DNA of 64,000 nucleotides from Rickettsiales bacterium (GTDB lineage Bacteria > Pseudomonadota > Alphaproteobacteria > Rickettsiales > JABSSG01): the NCBI GenBank assembly GCA_047404135.1, contig JBDOIT010000001.1, positions 21,055 through 85,054 on the forward strand, written 5' to 3'. The notes under the pieces are model-generated. The model was given only the letters and a program-made list of their open reading frames with translations, was not told the DNA's origin and ran no database searches. The translations under genes and the position numbers were made by a program. Below, in pieces: positions 1 to 9,294 of the stretch (positions are counted from its first letter, which is position 1; each line of letters begins with the position of its first letter).

Positions 1-618
1 TATATCCCAACGCCTATTGCCAACTCTCATAGCAGCATCAACCTTTCCAAAAATATCTTGCTCAACAGATATGATCTGTATTAGGTTTTGGGTATGTTTA
101 AATGCCTGTTCTCCTGTTACGATAATAAAGTCCATTAGGTTTTTGCTGTTGCGTATTCTCATCAAGCTATTATCTTTGTTTATAAAAAAGAAATTTTTTT
201 TATACTGCCAAATTGCAATAGGTTCTTTGTTTGTGATTTTAACTTTTATTTCAGAAGGAAGCTGACGTGAAATGCTTGCACTTTCAATGCAATCTATGGA
301 CTCAATATATTGCTGTATTTTTCTTATCGGTATCAGGAAAATAGATTCTGATTTATAGGAGTCAAATATATCTGCTTTTACAGCAGGGCAGTATACATTG
401 CTAGATTCGACACTAACGTTATTAATAAGAAATCCAAAGTGTGCACTGGCTTTATTGACATGAGAGTAGATAAAGTCATTTATTGACTCTCTATCATACA
501 TAAATAACTTTATCGCTATCAGCATTGAAAGCGAGATTACGATAAACATCATCTTCCTAGAAAGGTTTCTGAAGGAGCGTTTCTGTGAATAATTTTCTTT
601 ATTAACTTTCAAGCCCAT
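1..618 (-). CDS. ftsQ: Cell division protein FtsQ (3' end runs off the window)
   Basis: Not in the ORF track. Manual translation gives MGLKVNKE...MMFIVISLSMLIAIKLF (TM)...SISRQLPSEIKVKITNKEPIAIWQ...MRVGNRRWDI. Follows ddl as in the dcw cluster. Confidence 0.85.
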   Translation of the reverse strand, partial: MGLKVNKENYSQKRSFRNLSRKMMFIVISLSMLIAIKLFMYDRESINDFIYSHVNKASAHFGFLINNVSVESSNVYCPAVKADIFDSYKSESIFLIPIRKIQQYIESIDCIESASISRQLPSEIKVKITNKEPIAIWQYKKNFFFINKDNSLMRIRNSKNLMDFIIVTGEQAFKHTQNLIQIISVEQDIFGKVDAAMRVGNRRWDI

Positions 619-1567
619 CTTGTACTAAGCTATTTATAATATTTTGGTAACTAATGCCGTGGAATTGGCATATTTCTGGAACAATAGACAAGGGCGTCAT
701 GCCTGGATGTGTATTTATTTCTAAGATATATATGCCATCTTTACCCTTTGCCTCATCATAAAGAAACTCAACCCTATTTATGTTCTTAACGTTGATACAA
801 TTATGAGCTTTTTCAGACAATCTCATTATTTCAGCCTCTATTTCTTTGTCTATAGACACTGGCATAACGTGTTTTGCCATACCATCTTGGTATTTTGTTT
901 CGTAGTCATAGAATCTGTTCTTAAGAGGGATTACTTCAAGTAATCCAATGGCTTTGTTGTTTAGTACGGCAACTTGAATTTCTCGACCTTTTATATATTC
1001 CTGAGCTATTATTTTCTCACCATATAGCCATTCATATTTTGAAAAATCAAAGTTATCCTCTTCGAATATGACTTCAATTCCTAAGCTAGAGCCTTCTGAG
1101 ATAGGCTTGATAACATAAGGTCTGGGAATGGGGTCTCCTTCTATTTTATCATCTTTGGATATGATTTTGTATGCAGCTGTTTTTATTCCATTTTGTGCGA
1201 ATATTTCTAGAGAGATTTGTTTGTTTAAACCTATTGAAGAGGGTAGTACGCCAGAATGGGTATATTTTATGCCTAATATCTCTAGCAATCCAGGCAGACA
1301 ACCATCTTCCCCATATGTGCCATAAAGGCCATTAAATACAATATCAGGATTTATTTTTACTATTTGCTCAGCAAAGTCATGTCCCATATCTACAGGGGTA
1401 ACTTTGTACCCAAGATCTAATAAAGCTGATTTGAGTCCAGGTTTGGACATAAGGGAGACATCTCTTTCTGCGGACATTCCACCGTATATGAGAGCTACAT
1501 GAATATTACCATTGAGGGCTCTAGCTTTTGGTAGCAGCGTTTCTTCTACTATAGTTTTATGTCTCAT
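602..1567 (-). CDS. ddl: D-alanine--D-alanine ligase
   Basis: GGMSAERDVSL, GTYGEDG, EGSSLG, FYDYETKY and EINTHPGMT motifs. Confidence 0.97.
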   Translation of the reverse strand: MRHKTIVEETLLPKARALNGNIHVALIYGGMSAERDVSLMSKPGLKSALLDLGYKVTPVDMGHDFAEQIVKINPDIVFNGLYGTYGEDGCLPGLLEILGIKYTHSGVLPSSIGLNKQISLEIFAQNGIKTAAYKIISKDDKIEGDPIPRPYVIKPISEGSSLGIEVIFEEDNFDFSKYEWLYGEKIIAQEYIKGREIQVAVLNNKAIGLLEVIPLKNRFYDYETKYQDGMAKHVMPVSIDKEIEAEIMRLSEKAHNCINVKNINRVEFLYDEAKGKDGIYILEINTHPGMTPLSIVPEICQFHGISYQNIINSLVQDGLES

Positions 1568-2466
1568 TTAGTACCTATCCTTATTATTTCCCATTCTAAC
1601 TTGGTATTGAATTTTTCCAAAACTTTTTTTTGTATCAGGTCTCCTAAGTTTTCTATATCAGATGCTGTTGCGTCACCCGTGTTAATAAGGAAATTACAAT
1701 GCTTTTTAGATACTTGTGCTCCTCCAATCTTTGCGCCGCGCATTCCGGCTGCATCTATAAGTTCCCACGCTTTCTTACCGAGTGGGTTTTTGAATGTGGA
1801 TCCGCCAGTTCTTTCTTTTATAGGCTGGGTTGAAGATCTGTTTGATGTAATCTCTTTTAGTCTTGCTTTGACCTTTGATGCATCTTCATATTCCAATTCA
1901 AACATAGCTTTAGTAAATAAGAACTCAGATTTAATAGGGCAGTTTCGATATGAAAAGTTGAAATCAGATTTTTGCAGTAAGTGTATTTTTCCAGTTTTAC
2001 GGTGCACAGCTTCAACTGAGATAAGACGATCTGAAATTTCTGAGCCGTAGCAGCCTGCGTTAGTTGCGATTGCTCCTCCAATATTGCCAGGAATGCCAAC
2101 CAAGAATTCTAATCCAGATAAATTTTGTTCTGCTAGTAAATATGCTATATTGCTGTCGATATTTGCGGCACCAAGTGAGACAATATTATTATTGATTTCT
2201 AAATCTGTAAAGTTTTTGCCGAGCTTTATTACAACTCCTTTTACTCCCCTATCTCTCATTATAACATTTGAACTGAGACCTAGTATCTCGCAGGGAACTC
2301 TTTGGTCTTTCTGAAGAATGAAATTAGATAGGTCCTCTGTATTTTTTGGCTTAAAAAGTATTTCAGCGGGTCCTCCAACTCCAAACCATGCTGTTTTAAA
2401 AAGGTCTACATCGCGGCGGTATCGTCCCTCGACTTCGGGTAAGGACTCTTCAATGCTATTTGCCAT
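1564..2466 (-). CDS. murB: UDP-N-acetylenolpyruvoylglucosamine reductase
   Basis: GVGGPAE, GIPGNIGGA..NAG, TGGSTFKNP, KHCNFLIN and LEWEI motifs. Confidence 0.97.
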   Translation of the reverse strand: MANSIEESLPEVEGRYRRDVDLFKTAWFGVGGPAEILFKPKNTEDLSNFILQKDQRVPCEILGLSSNVIMRDRGVKGVVIKLGKNFTDLEINNNIVSLGAANIDSNIAYLLAEQNLSGLEFLVGIPGNIGGAIATNAGCYGSEISDRLISVEAVHRKTGKIHLLQKSDFNFSYRNCPIKSEFLFTKAMFELEYEDASKVKARLKEITSNRSSTQPIKERTGGSTFKNPLGKKAWELIDAAGMRGAKIGGAQVSKKHCNFLINTGDATASDIENLGDLIQKKVLEKFNTKLEWEIIRIGTK

Positions 2467-3886
2467 TTTGTTTTATTTTTTGAGGTAATTCATTTGCCCA
2501 TTTCGTAATATCACCGGCTCCAAGAAAGAGCAGAAGGTCATTTGTTTGGCAAGTTTTTTCTAAAATGTCTATAGCTTCTTCAGGGGATTTTAGAGGTGAC
2601 ACATTACCTTTAAATCCTTTGTCCTTAATAGCGCTTACCAGAGCATGCTTGTCTATTCCTTCAATTGGATCTTCTCCAGCAGAATACACATCTGCAATGA
2701 AGACATTATCTGCGCTTCTAAAAGATTCTGCGAAATCATCTAGAAAACTCTGCAAGCGCGAATATCTATGTGGTTGGAAGATGATATTGATTTTTCCAGA
2801 TGTATCCTTTACGGATTGCTGGGCGGTTTGCAAAGTTGCCTTTACCTCAGTTGGGTGGTGTGCGTAATCATCTATAATAGTAACTCCGTTATGCGTTGCG
2901 ATCTTTGTGAATCTTCTATTAACCCCTTGAAAGTCAGATAACCCTTGTGCAATTACTATCTTGTTGAACCCTAGATTTATTCCAATAGAAATGGCTGCAA
3001 GTGCATTCTGGATATTGTGCATTCCAGGAATATTAAGTATCACATTTTGAATTTCCTGATATTCCACGGAAAGTTTTTTAGAGATCTTTACGTCAAAAAT
3101 AGATCCACCAGAAGATGCTCTTATATTATGTGCGAAGACATCTGCATCTTCAGATTCCACGCCATATGTGATGATTTTTCTTTCTGCGATCTCAGCGCTG
3201 AGTTTTTGCACCTCATCATGATCTACACATAAAACGCCGAACCCATAAAAAGGAAGATTTCTAAGGAATGTTCGGAAGGATTCTTTTAGATTTTCATAAG
3301 ATCCATAGAAATCTAAATGCTCAGGATCAATGTTTGTGATAACCGCTATCTTAGATGGAATCTTAATAAATGTACCATCGGATTCATCTGCTTCAGCAAT
3401 CAGATATTCTCCTGTTCCAATATATGCATTTGTTCCTCTGTCATTTATAATGCCACCATTTATTACAGTAGGGTTCATTTTTGCTTTGTTGAAAAGTTCC
3501 GCAATAAGTGATGTTGTGGTGGTTTTTCCATGTGTGCCTGAAACGGCAATAGAGGTTTTGAATGACATCAATTCTCCAAGCATTTCGCTCCTTGAGATAA
3601 TGGGGATATCGTTTTCTTTGCAGTATATTATTTCTGGATTGGCATCATGAATTGCTGTAGATTTTACTAGCAAAGATACCCCTTTGGAGTTATCTGATTT
3701 GTGGTCTTCAAATATCTTGATTCCAAAGGATTCCAATCTTTTCGTATTACCGTTGCTTCCTAGATTAGAACCTTGTAACTTGTATCCCATGCTATGCAAT
3801 ACTTCAGCTATCCCGCTCATCCCAATGCCTCCAATTCCTATAAAGTGGATTAGAGAGTCTTTTGATAGTTGAGATAGTATGGACAT
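2456..3886 (-). CDS. murC: UDP-N-acetylmuramate--L-alanine ligase
   Basis: HFIGIGGIGMSG, GTHGKTTTT, EADESDG, DDYAHHPTE and FQPHRYSR motifs. Confidence 0.97.
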   Translation of the reverse strand: MSILSQLSKDSLIHFIGIGGIGMSGIAEVLHSMGYKLQGSNLGSNGNTKRLESFGIKIFEDHKSDNSKGVSLLVKSTAIHDANPEIIYCKENDIPIISRSEMLGELMSFKTSIAVSGTHGKTTTTSLIAELFNKAKMNPTVINGGIINDRGTNAYIGTGEYLIAEADESDGTFIKIPSKIAVITNIDPEHLDFYGSYENLKESFRTFLRNLPFYGFGVLCVDHDEVQKLSAEIAERKIITYGVESEDADVFAHNIRASSGGSIFDVKISKKLSVEYQEIQNVILNIPGMHNIQNALAAISIGINLGFNKIVIAQGLSDFQGVNRRFTKIATHNGVTIIDDYAHHPTEVKATLQTAQQSVKDTSGKINIIFQPHRYSRLQSFLDDFAESFRSADNVFIADVYSAGEDPIEGIDKHALVSAIKDKGFKGNVSPLKSPEEAIDILEKTCQTNDLLLFLGAGDITKWANELPQKIKQNGK

Positions 3887-4278
3887 TATTTTTCTATTAT
3901 TGCTATTGCGTTAGCATATTCTCGATCATCTGTAATAGATAGATGAATCGAATACTCACTAACATTTAATCTTTCTTTTATATATGAATCAAGTTTATCG
4001 TCTACATCGTAGAATGGTTTTCCAGTTTTGTCATTAGATATAGAGATGTTTTTTAATGTGACGTCTTTGTTAAAGCCGGTTCCTGTAGCTTTGGCAAAAG
4101 CTTCTTTTGCAGCAAATCTTTTTGCTAGATATTTTATTCTGCTACTAGCAGCTAAAGAATTAAATTTTTCTATCTCTTTATCGCTGAGCATCCTATTTAT
4201 AAAGTTTTCCTGATGTTTATCGAATATCTCTTCGATACGTGAAATCTTTACCAAGTCAGTTCCAATACCAATGATCAT
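3886..4278 (-). CDS. acpS: Holo-[acyl-carrier-protein] synthase
   Basis: GIGTDLV, RFAAKEAFAKA and GKP motifs. Confidence 0.95.
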   Translation of the reverse strand: MIIGIGTDLVKISRIEEIFDKHQENFINRMLSDKEIEKFNSLAASSRIKYLAKRFAAKEAFAKATGTGFNKDVTLKNISISNDKTGKPFYDVDDKLDSYIKERLNVSEYSIHLSITDDREYANAIAIIEK

Positions 4279-4339
4279 GTTTTGATTCTTAATAGAAATA
4301 AGCCCATAGTATATAGGAAGCTTGCTCTTCGCACAAGGT

Positions 4340-4360
4340 GGGGCTTTGTGGGTTAGCCCC
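4340..4360 (-). terminator. Putative hairpin terminator after the glycosyltransferase gene
   Basis: GGGGCT...AGCCCC inverted repeat. Confidence 0.4.
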
Positions 4361-4392
4361 GGTATAATTTAGAGTATATAGGTTTATGCTAG

Positions 4393-4542
4393 ACCCAGGT
4401 TAGTCCATCTGTTGAGTCGTAACCTATGATATGTTTTTCGACACCCAGGTTAGTCCATCTGTTGAGTCGTAACCTATGATATGTTTTTCGACACCCAGGT
4501 TAGTCCATCTGTTGAGTCGTAACCTATGATATGTTTTTCGAC
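4393..4542. repeat. Perfect 50-bp tandem repeat x3 overlapping the 3' end of the glycosyltransferase gene
   Basis: ACCCAGGTTAGTCCATCTGTTGAGTCGTAACCTATGATATGTTTTTCGAC at 4393, 4443 and 4493. Confidence 0.97.
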
Positions 4543-6069
4543 AGCACATATTTCGTGTTCTTGTAGATATTCCGAGAAATAAGAAAACTCTTTGAGGCGT
4601 GCTGCAATACGGTCCTGCATTGCTTCATCACAGAATGCTTTTGTAGCGTGCAGAAAAGGCTCAAAGTACTCAAGTTGGTCATCTTCTGTATCTTTAGCAT
4701 TTGCCTCTGTACTTTTGTAAGGATAAGGATATACAACATCTAGATTGTCACCTTCATGAGCTTTAGTAAAATAACTGTATCCAAATACATCAGCTGTTGC
4801 TTTATCTGTGAAGTCTTTTATAGATTCTTTATACAGTTCTTGCATAAGTGGAGATGGGTTTAGCAAGTTTTCTCTCACTAAATTCTGAGTCTCCTGAATA
4901 ACAGGGTGATTGGGCTTTGCTCCGAACATAAAATTATCTATAGAGAAGTGATATGCTTTTGGGTCAAACGTAGCTGTAAAGAAATCAAAGGTTTGAGATT
5001 CCATATTAGGAGCTTTTGCAAATTCGTAGTTTATATCCGCATAAAGCCCACCCATGTGGTTGACAATGTCATATCTTAGAGTGTCACTTGCTATCCCCCA
5101 GTGCTTTAAGTTGATTTCTTGTTCCACTATATCGTAATTTGATAAATGCTCTTTTATTTCAGACATTTCCCTGACTTCTATTCCGCTATTTATTAGTTTT
5201 TTAACAGAGGGACCAATCAGATCTTTGCTATTAGTCCAAAGAATATGAGCCCAGGATTCATTGTCTTCATCATTAAACAGATTTTTGTTTTTTATAGCAT
5301 TTCTTATGTCTTGTGCTCTGAGTTGTATAGGCTTATCAGGAGAGGTAAGCCATATATTGTGCAAGGTTTTTGGAATTTTAGTGTAGTTTCCTTCTTTTGA
5401 ATCTAGATTTCTATATTTGTAATCAAGCAATGATTCTGGGCTCATTGAAGGTTTTTGTGAATTTTCCCCTTGAGTATCAACTTGAGCATCAAGGAAAGCA
5501 TTAAATTCACTTTCTCCACCATCGCAATCATAACTAAAGCCCAGCTTGTCATGGATTAGGCTATGTACTGCAGTATTTGCAGTACGTATAAAAAAGTTTT
5601 GCTTCTCAGTATCTGTGAGATGATTAGAGATTGAGTGGCCAAATTTCGTTGATATTGTATTAAATAGTATTGTTGATAAATTTCCTTCTATTTCAGCTCT
5701 TTCTCCGCTTCTATCATAAGAAAGTAGTTCTTTTAAGAACAATGCTGCGTTTTTTGGTGTATCAATATGCTCATGTATCATGTCTAGCACTGGAAGTCTA
5801 AGATAGTTTGCTTTAAGGAGAACTTTGTCTATCATTTCTGTTCCAAAGGCCTGTAGCAGAAGATTTATTATGTCTCTAGATAAATCTTCAATATTTTTTT
5901 GCTTAAGGGGATCTGAGAATGTGATCAAATAAAGTGTTGGCAAATAATCAGATGCACCATCAGAATCAGTAATGTCCTGACCCTTTTTCCGGTATGTGTT
6001 TTCGGATATCTCCTTTTGTAGTTGATGTATTTTTAATAAAATTTTGTTATTTTTGTATTCCATGATCAT
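4474..6069 (-). CDS. Glycosyltransferase with a GT32 / TcdA-TcdB-like catalytic domain and an unknown N-terminal domain; putative effector
   Basis: IPKTLHNIWL, ASDTLRYDIV..MGGLYADIN, NFMFGAKPNHP and a C-terminal TW. Confidence 0.75.
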   Translation of the reverse strand: MIMEYKNNKILLKIHQLQKEISENTYRKKGQDITDSDGASDYLPTLYLITFSDPLKQKNIEDLSRDIINLLLQAFGTEMIDKVLLKANYLRLPVLDMIHEHIDTPKNAALFLKELLSYDRSGERAEIEGNLSTILFNTISTKFGHSISNHLTDTEKQNFFIRTANTAVHSLIHDKLGFSYDCDGGESEFNAFLDAQVDTQGENSQKPSMSPESLLDYKYRNLDSKEGNYTKIPKTLHNIWLTSPDKPIQLRAQDIRNAIKNKNLFNDEDNESWAHILWTNSKDLIGPSVKKLINSGIEVREMSEIKEHLSNYDIVEQEINLKHWGIASDTLRYDIVNHMGGLYADINYEFAKAPNMESQTFDFFTATFDPKAYHFSIDNFMFGAKPNHPVIQETQNLVRENLLNPSPLMQELYKESIKDFTDKATADVFGYSYFTKAHEGDNLDVVYPYPYKSTEANAKDTEDDQLEYFEPFLHATKAFCDEAMQDRIAARLKEFSYFSEYLQEHEICAVEKHIIGYDSTDGLTWVSKNIS

Positions 6070-6180
6070 TAAGCATTTTAATTAACAAATAGTAAGAATA
6101 CTTTAATACAAATAACTAGAATTGTAAAGCGCAATCTGAATCCTTTCTTGGGTTTGTAAAGTTGCAAGATGGGGCTTTGC

Positions 6181-7002
6181 TTAGCTTAAGCCTTCGTGTT
6201 CTCTGAGTTTATCATCTACTGCTTTGAGATGAAGTGATTTTAACAGCCTTAGAAGTTCCTGCCTCGCTGCTATGTGAGACATGCTAAGGGATAGCATGGG
6301 TTTGAGTTTTTTATGCTTAAGATCAAGTAAGGTAATTCCATATAAAAATAGCTCTTTAAAAATAACTCTTTCACCAAATCCGGAGGCAAGGCGACAACCC
6401 ACGCGTTTTGAGAGCTCTTGTACTACTTTTTCAATATTGCGTTTATTTTTAGAATATACTGCAGCAATGCGGCTTCTGACTACAATCCAATCTAAGGATT
6501 TTTCCGCTTCTTTTGCTCGATTGATTTTTTGTTCCCAGATCATTTGGCTGTAAATTCCTGGCCTGATAATTTTTAAGTCTTTTGCACTTACGTTGGCAAG
6601 AAGATCCAGATCAACAAAGCTATCATTTACTGGAGTTATAATTATATCTGCTTTGGAGTGGGCGAAAGAAGATAAGCTGTTGTTTACCCCTGGTGTATCT
6701 ATAATTATAAAATCAGCTTTTCTGTAATGTTCCTCTAGAATTTTTGATAACTGACCTTCCTCATCACCTTCATTTGGGTGGATCGCATAGTGGCGTGGCA
6801 AGGGTATGTCTAAGTTCAGATTTTCAATTGTGCTTACTCTGTTTTCTAAATATCTAGTCAGAGAGAGCTGGCGCACATCTGTGTCAATAGTGGTAACTTT
6901 GAATCCAAGATAGCATAGGGAGATAATCAGGTTCATGGCAGTAGTGGTTTTACCAGCCCCACCTTTTTCATTTCCAATTACTATAATTTTTGTGTCTGTC
7001 AT
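6181..7002 (-). CDS. mipZ: Division plane positioning ATPase MipZ (ParA family)
   Basis: GNEKGGAGKTT, RQLSLTRYLENR, TPVNDSFVDLDLL, PGIYSQMIWE, ERVIFKELF and SHIAARQE are MipZ-type motifs. Confidence 0.9.
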   Translation of the reverse strand: MTDTKIIVIGNEKGGAGKTTTAMNLIISLCYLGFKVTTIDTDVRQLSLTRYLENRVSTIENLNLDIPLPRHYAIHPNEGDEEGQLSKILEEHYRKADFIIIDTPGVNNSLSSFAHSKADIIITPVNDSFVDLDLLANVSAKDLKIIRPGIYSQMIWEQKINRAKEAEKSLDWIVVRSRIAAVYSKNKRNIEKVVQELSKRVGCRLASGFGERVIFKELFLYGITLLDLKHKKLKPMLSLSMSHIAARQELLRLLKSLHLKAVDDKLREHEGLS

Positions 7003-7003
7003 T

Positions 7004-7918
7004 TTATTTTTTCAGTCCAACTAAGTTGTCAGCAAATTCCTTTGGTGTGAATTGATCTAAATCTTCTATAGATTCCCCTACGCCAATGTGAGTGATTGGG
7101 ATATCGAATTTCTGACTTATGGCGACTACAATACCAGCTTTTGCTGACCCGTCCAGCTTAGTTATTACCAACCCATTCAAGTCTACGATATTCTTGAAGC
7201 TCTCGACTTGCAAAAGGGCGTTTTGTCCTGTTGTTGCATCTAAAACTAATACCCTATCATGCGGCGCATCTGCGTCTAACTTCTTCAAGACCTTCACTAT
7301 TTTTGCTAGCTCCTGCATAAGGTGGTCCTTGTTTGCTAATCTTCCAGCAGTATCCAAGAAAAGGATGTCGCTGCCATTTTTCTGAGCAGTAGCTAACGAT
7401 CTGTAGGCAACACTGGCTGGGTCTGCATTTTCTTTTCCGCATACGAATTCAGCTTTTGCTCTTGTTGCCCAGATTTTTAATTGCTCAACAGCAGCCGCTC
7501 TGAATGTATCACAAGCAGCAATAGTGACTTTCTTTCCTTCTTTTTGAAGTTTTGCTGCTAATTTTCCTATAGTAGTAGTCTTGCCGTTTCCATTCACGCC
7601 ACACATCATCACTACATGAGGTTTTGATTTTGTGTATGTGAGTTCACCTGCGGCCTTTTCTATCTGAGAGGCAATGATTTTAGACATCTCGGTTTTAATA
7701 GTATGATCATCCACCTCCTGATCAAATTTAGATTTAGATAAGTCTTTTATAATTTTTTGAGAAGATTCAATTCCAAGATCAGACATAATCAGTAACTCCT
7801 CAAGCCGATCTAGGGTATCTTGATCTAATTTCTTTTTTGTTACTATGCTTGCTATTCCATCTGAGATTTTCTCAGAAGTGTTCTTCAAACCATCTTTTAA
7901 TTTACTAAACCAACTCAT
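7004..7918 (-). CDS. ftsY: Signal recognition particle receptor FtsY
   Basis: GVNGNGKTTTIGK, DTFRAAA, DTAGR and TKLDGSAKAG motifs. Confidence 0.97.
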   Translation of the reverse strand: MSWFSKLKDGLKNTSEKISDGIASIVTKKKLDQDTLDRLEELLIMSDLGIESSQKIIKDLSKSKFDQEVDDHTIKTEMSKIIASQIEKAAGELTYTKSKPHVVMMCGVNGNGKTTTIGKLAAKLQKEGKKVTIAACDTFRAAAVEQLKIWATRAKAEFVCGKENADPASVAYRSLATAQKNGSDILFLDTAGRLANKDHLMQELAKIVKVLKKLDADAPHDRVLVLDATTGQNALLQVESFKNIVDLNGLVITKLDGSAKAGIVVAISQKFDIPITHIGVGESIEDLDQFTPKEFADNLVGLKK

Positions 7919-9180
7919 CAGGCAATTTGTCCTATAAGTTTACCATCAACATAACCGGAGATAAGAATGTCTACTATCTCATTATGTTTTATTTTATCAA
8001 TAATATGTATTTTTAGGAAATTTTCTGTCATTCCTATATTGTTTTTTTCAGTTAATACCAAAACTTTCTTGCCAATGTACGATTTACTGAACTCCTCTAG
8101 CTCTTTTTTTCCTTCTTCTATAAGGATTTTAGCTCGTCTTTTTCTGAGTCCACGCTCAACTTGAGGCATGCGGGCAGCAGGGGTGCCATCTCTTTCGGAG
8201 TAAGGGAAGACGTGTAGATATTGCAATTTTGCTTCTTGTACAAGCTTATGGCTGTTTGTAAACATCTCATCTGTTTCTGTAGGGAATCCGGCAATAATAT
8301 CTGCACCAAAGGCAGCATCTTTGCGGTGCTCCCGCACAAGATTGCAGAATTCAATAACTTGCTCTCGGTTATGACGACGCTTCATGCGTTTTAGAATCAT
8401 GTTATCTCCGGCCTGAAGACTTATATGAAAATGTGGCATTAGCCTTTTTTCGCTTAGTATCAATTTGAGTAGGGTGCTATCAATCTCAGCTACATCAATA
8501 GATGATAGTCTAAGTCTTTTGAGGTCAGGGAGAATGTTGAGCAACCTTTTCATCATCTCGCCAAGGGTTGGTTTTCCTGGAAGGTCTAATCCATAATCAG
8601 TTACGTCGACACCCGTCAGCACAATCTCCTTGTACCCTTTGGACAGCAGTAACTCTACTTGTGTTACGATTTTACCTACAGGGACACTACGGCTGTTACC
8701 TCTTCCATACGGTATTGTGCAGAACGTACATCTGTGGTTGCAGCCATTTTGTATTTGAACAAATGCCCTTGTTTTTTCTCCAAAAGACGTTACCAAATAG
8801 TTAGCTGTTTCTTTCACTTCCATTATATCACTTACGACAGTGCTTGGGGTATCTGAGTTTAGTTTATAGTTTTTGCTATCAAATTTCTCTGTGTTTCCTA
8901 GAACTAGATCTACTTCAGGTAGAGAAGAATATTTTTTTGGATCAATCTGTGCTGCGCAACCAGTGACAATGATTTTCTTGTCTGGATTCTCTTTGTGCGC
9001 TTTTTTTATAGCCTTTACAGCTTGCTTTTCAGCATCCTGAGTTACAGAGCAGGTATTAAACACAATTACATTTTTAGCATTAGCCTCAGATAGCGAAGAT
9101 TTAATCTGCTCGCTTTCGAAAATGTTTAATCTACACCCAAATGTTATTACTTTTTCCATGGTTTGTCTTTTAGATACCAA
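7918..9180 (-). CDS. mtaB: tRNA t6A methylthiotransferase (MiaB-like radical SAM)
   Basis: TFGCRLN, NTCSVT, CNHRCTFC and HVFPYSERDGTPAA motifs. Confidence 0.9.
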   Translation of the reverse strand: MVSKRQTMEKVITFGCRLNIFESEQIKSSLSEANAKNVIVFNTCSVTQDAEKQAVKAIKKAHKENPDKKIIVTGCAAQIDPKKYSSLPEVDLVLGNTEKFDSKNYKLNSDTPSTVVSDIMEVKETANYLVTSFGEKTRAFVQIQNGCNHRCTFCTIPYGRGNSRSVPVGKIVTQVELLLSKGYKEIVLTGVDVTDYGLDLPGKPTLGEMMKRLLNILPDLKRLRLSSIDVAEIDSTLLKLILSEKRLMPHFHISLQAGDNMILKRMKRRHNREQVIEFCNLVREHRKDAAFGADIIAGFPTETDEMFTNSHKLVQEAKLQYLHVFPYSERDGTPAARMPQVERGLRKRRAKILIEEGKKELEEFSKSYIGKKVLVLTEKNNIGMTENFLKIHIIDKIKHNEIVDILISGYVDGKLIGQIA

Positions 9181-9294
9181 GGTAATATACAGATTTTTCT
9201 TGATTTCTCCAGTGTTTACTGTTTGTTGATTTGTAGTAGATGTAATGTAGTCATCGACATATACAAGTCAAGATATACAGTTGGGCAAATACTC

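Noticed and set aside
480-560. Suspected frameshift in the ftsQ N-terminus
   Set aside because: On re-reading, the TM segment is in frame with the POTRA domain.
4393-4542. Possible CRISPR array
   Set aside because: Head-to-tail identical units with no spacers, and no cas genes in the window.
6092-6106. Near-match CtrA box upstream of the glycosyltransferase, and similar one-mismatch sites at 19210, 21577 and 52407
   Set aside because: One mismatch, no evident -10 at the conserved spacing, and expected by chance in AT-rich DNA.
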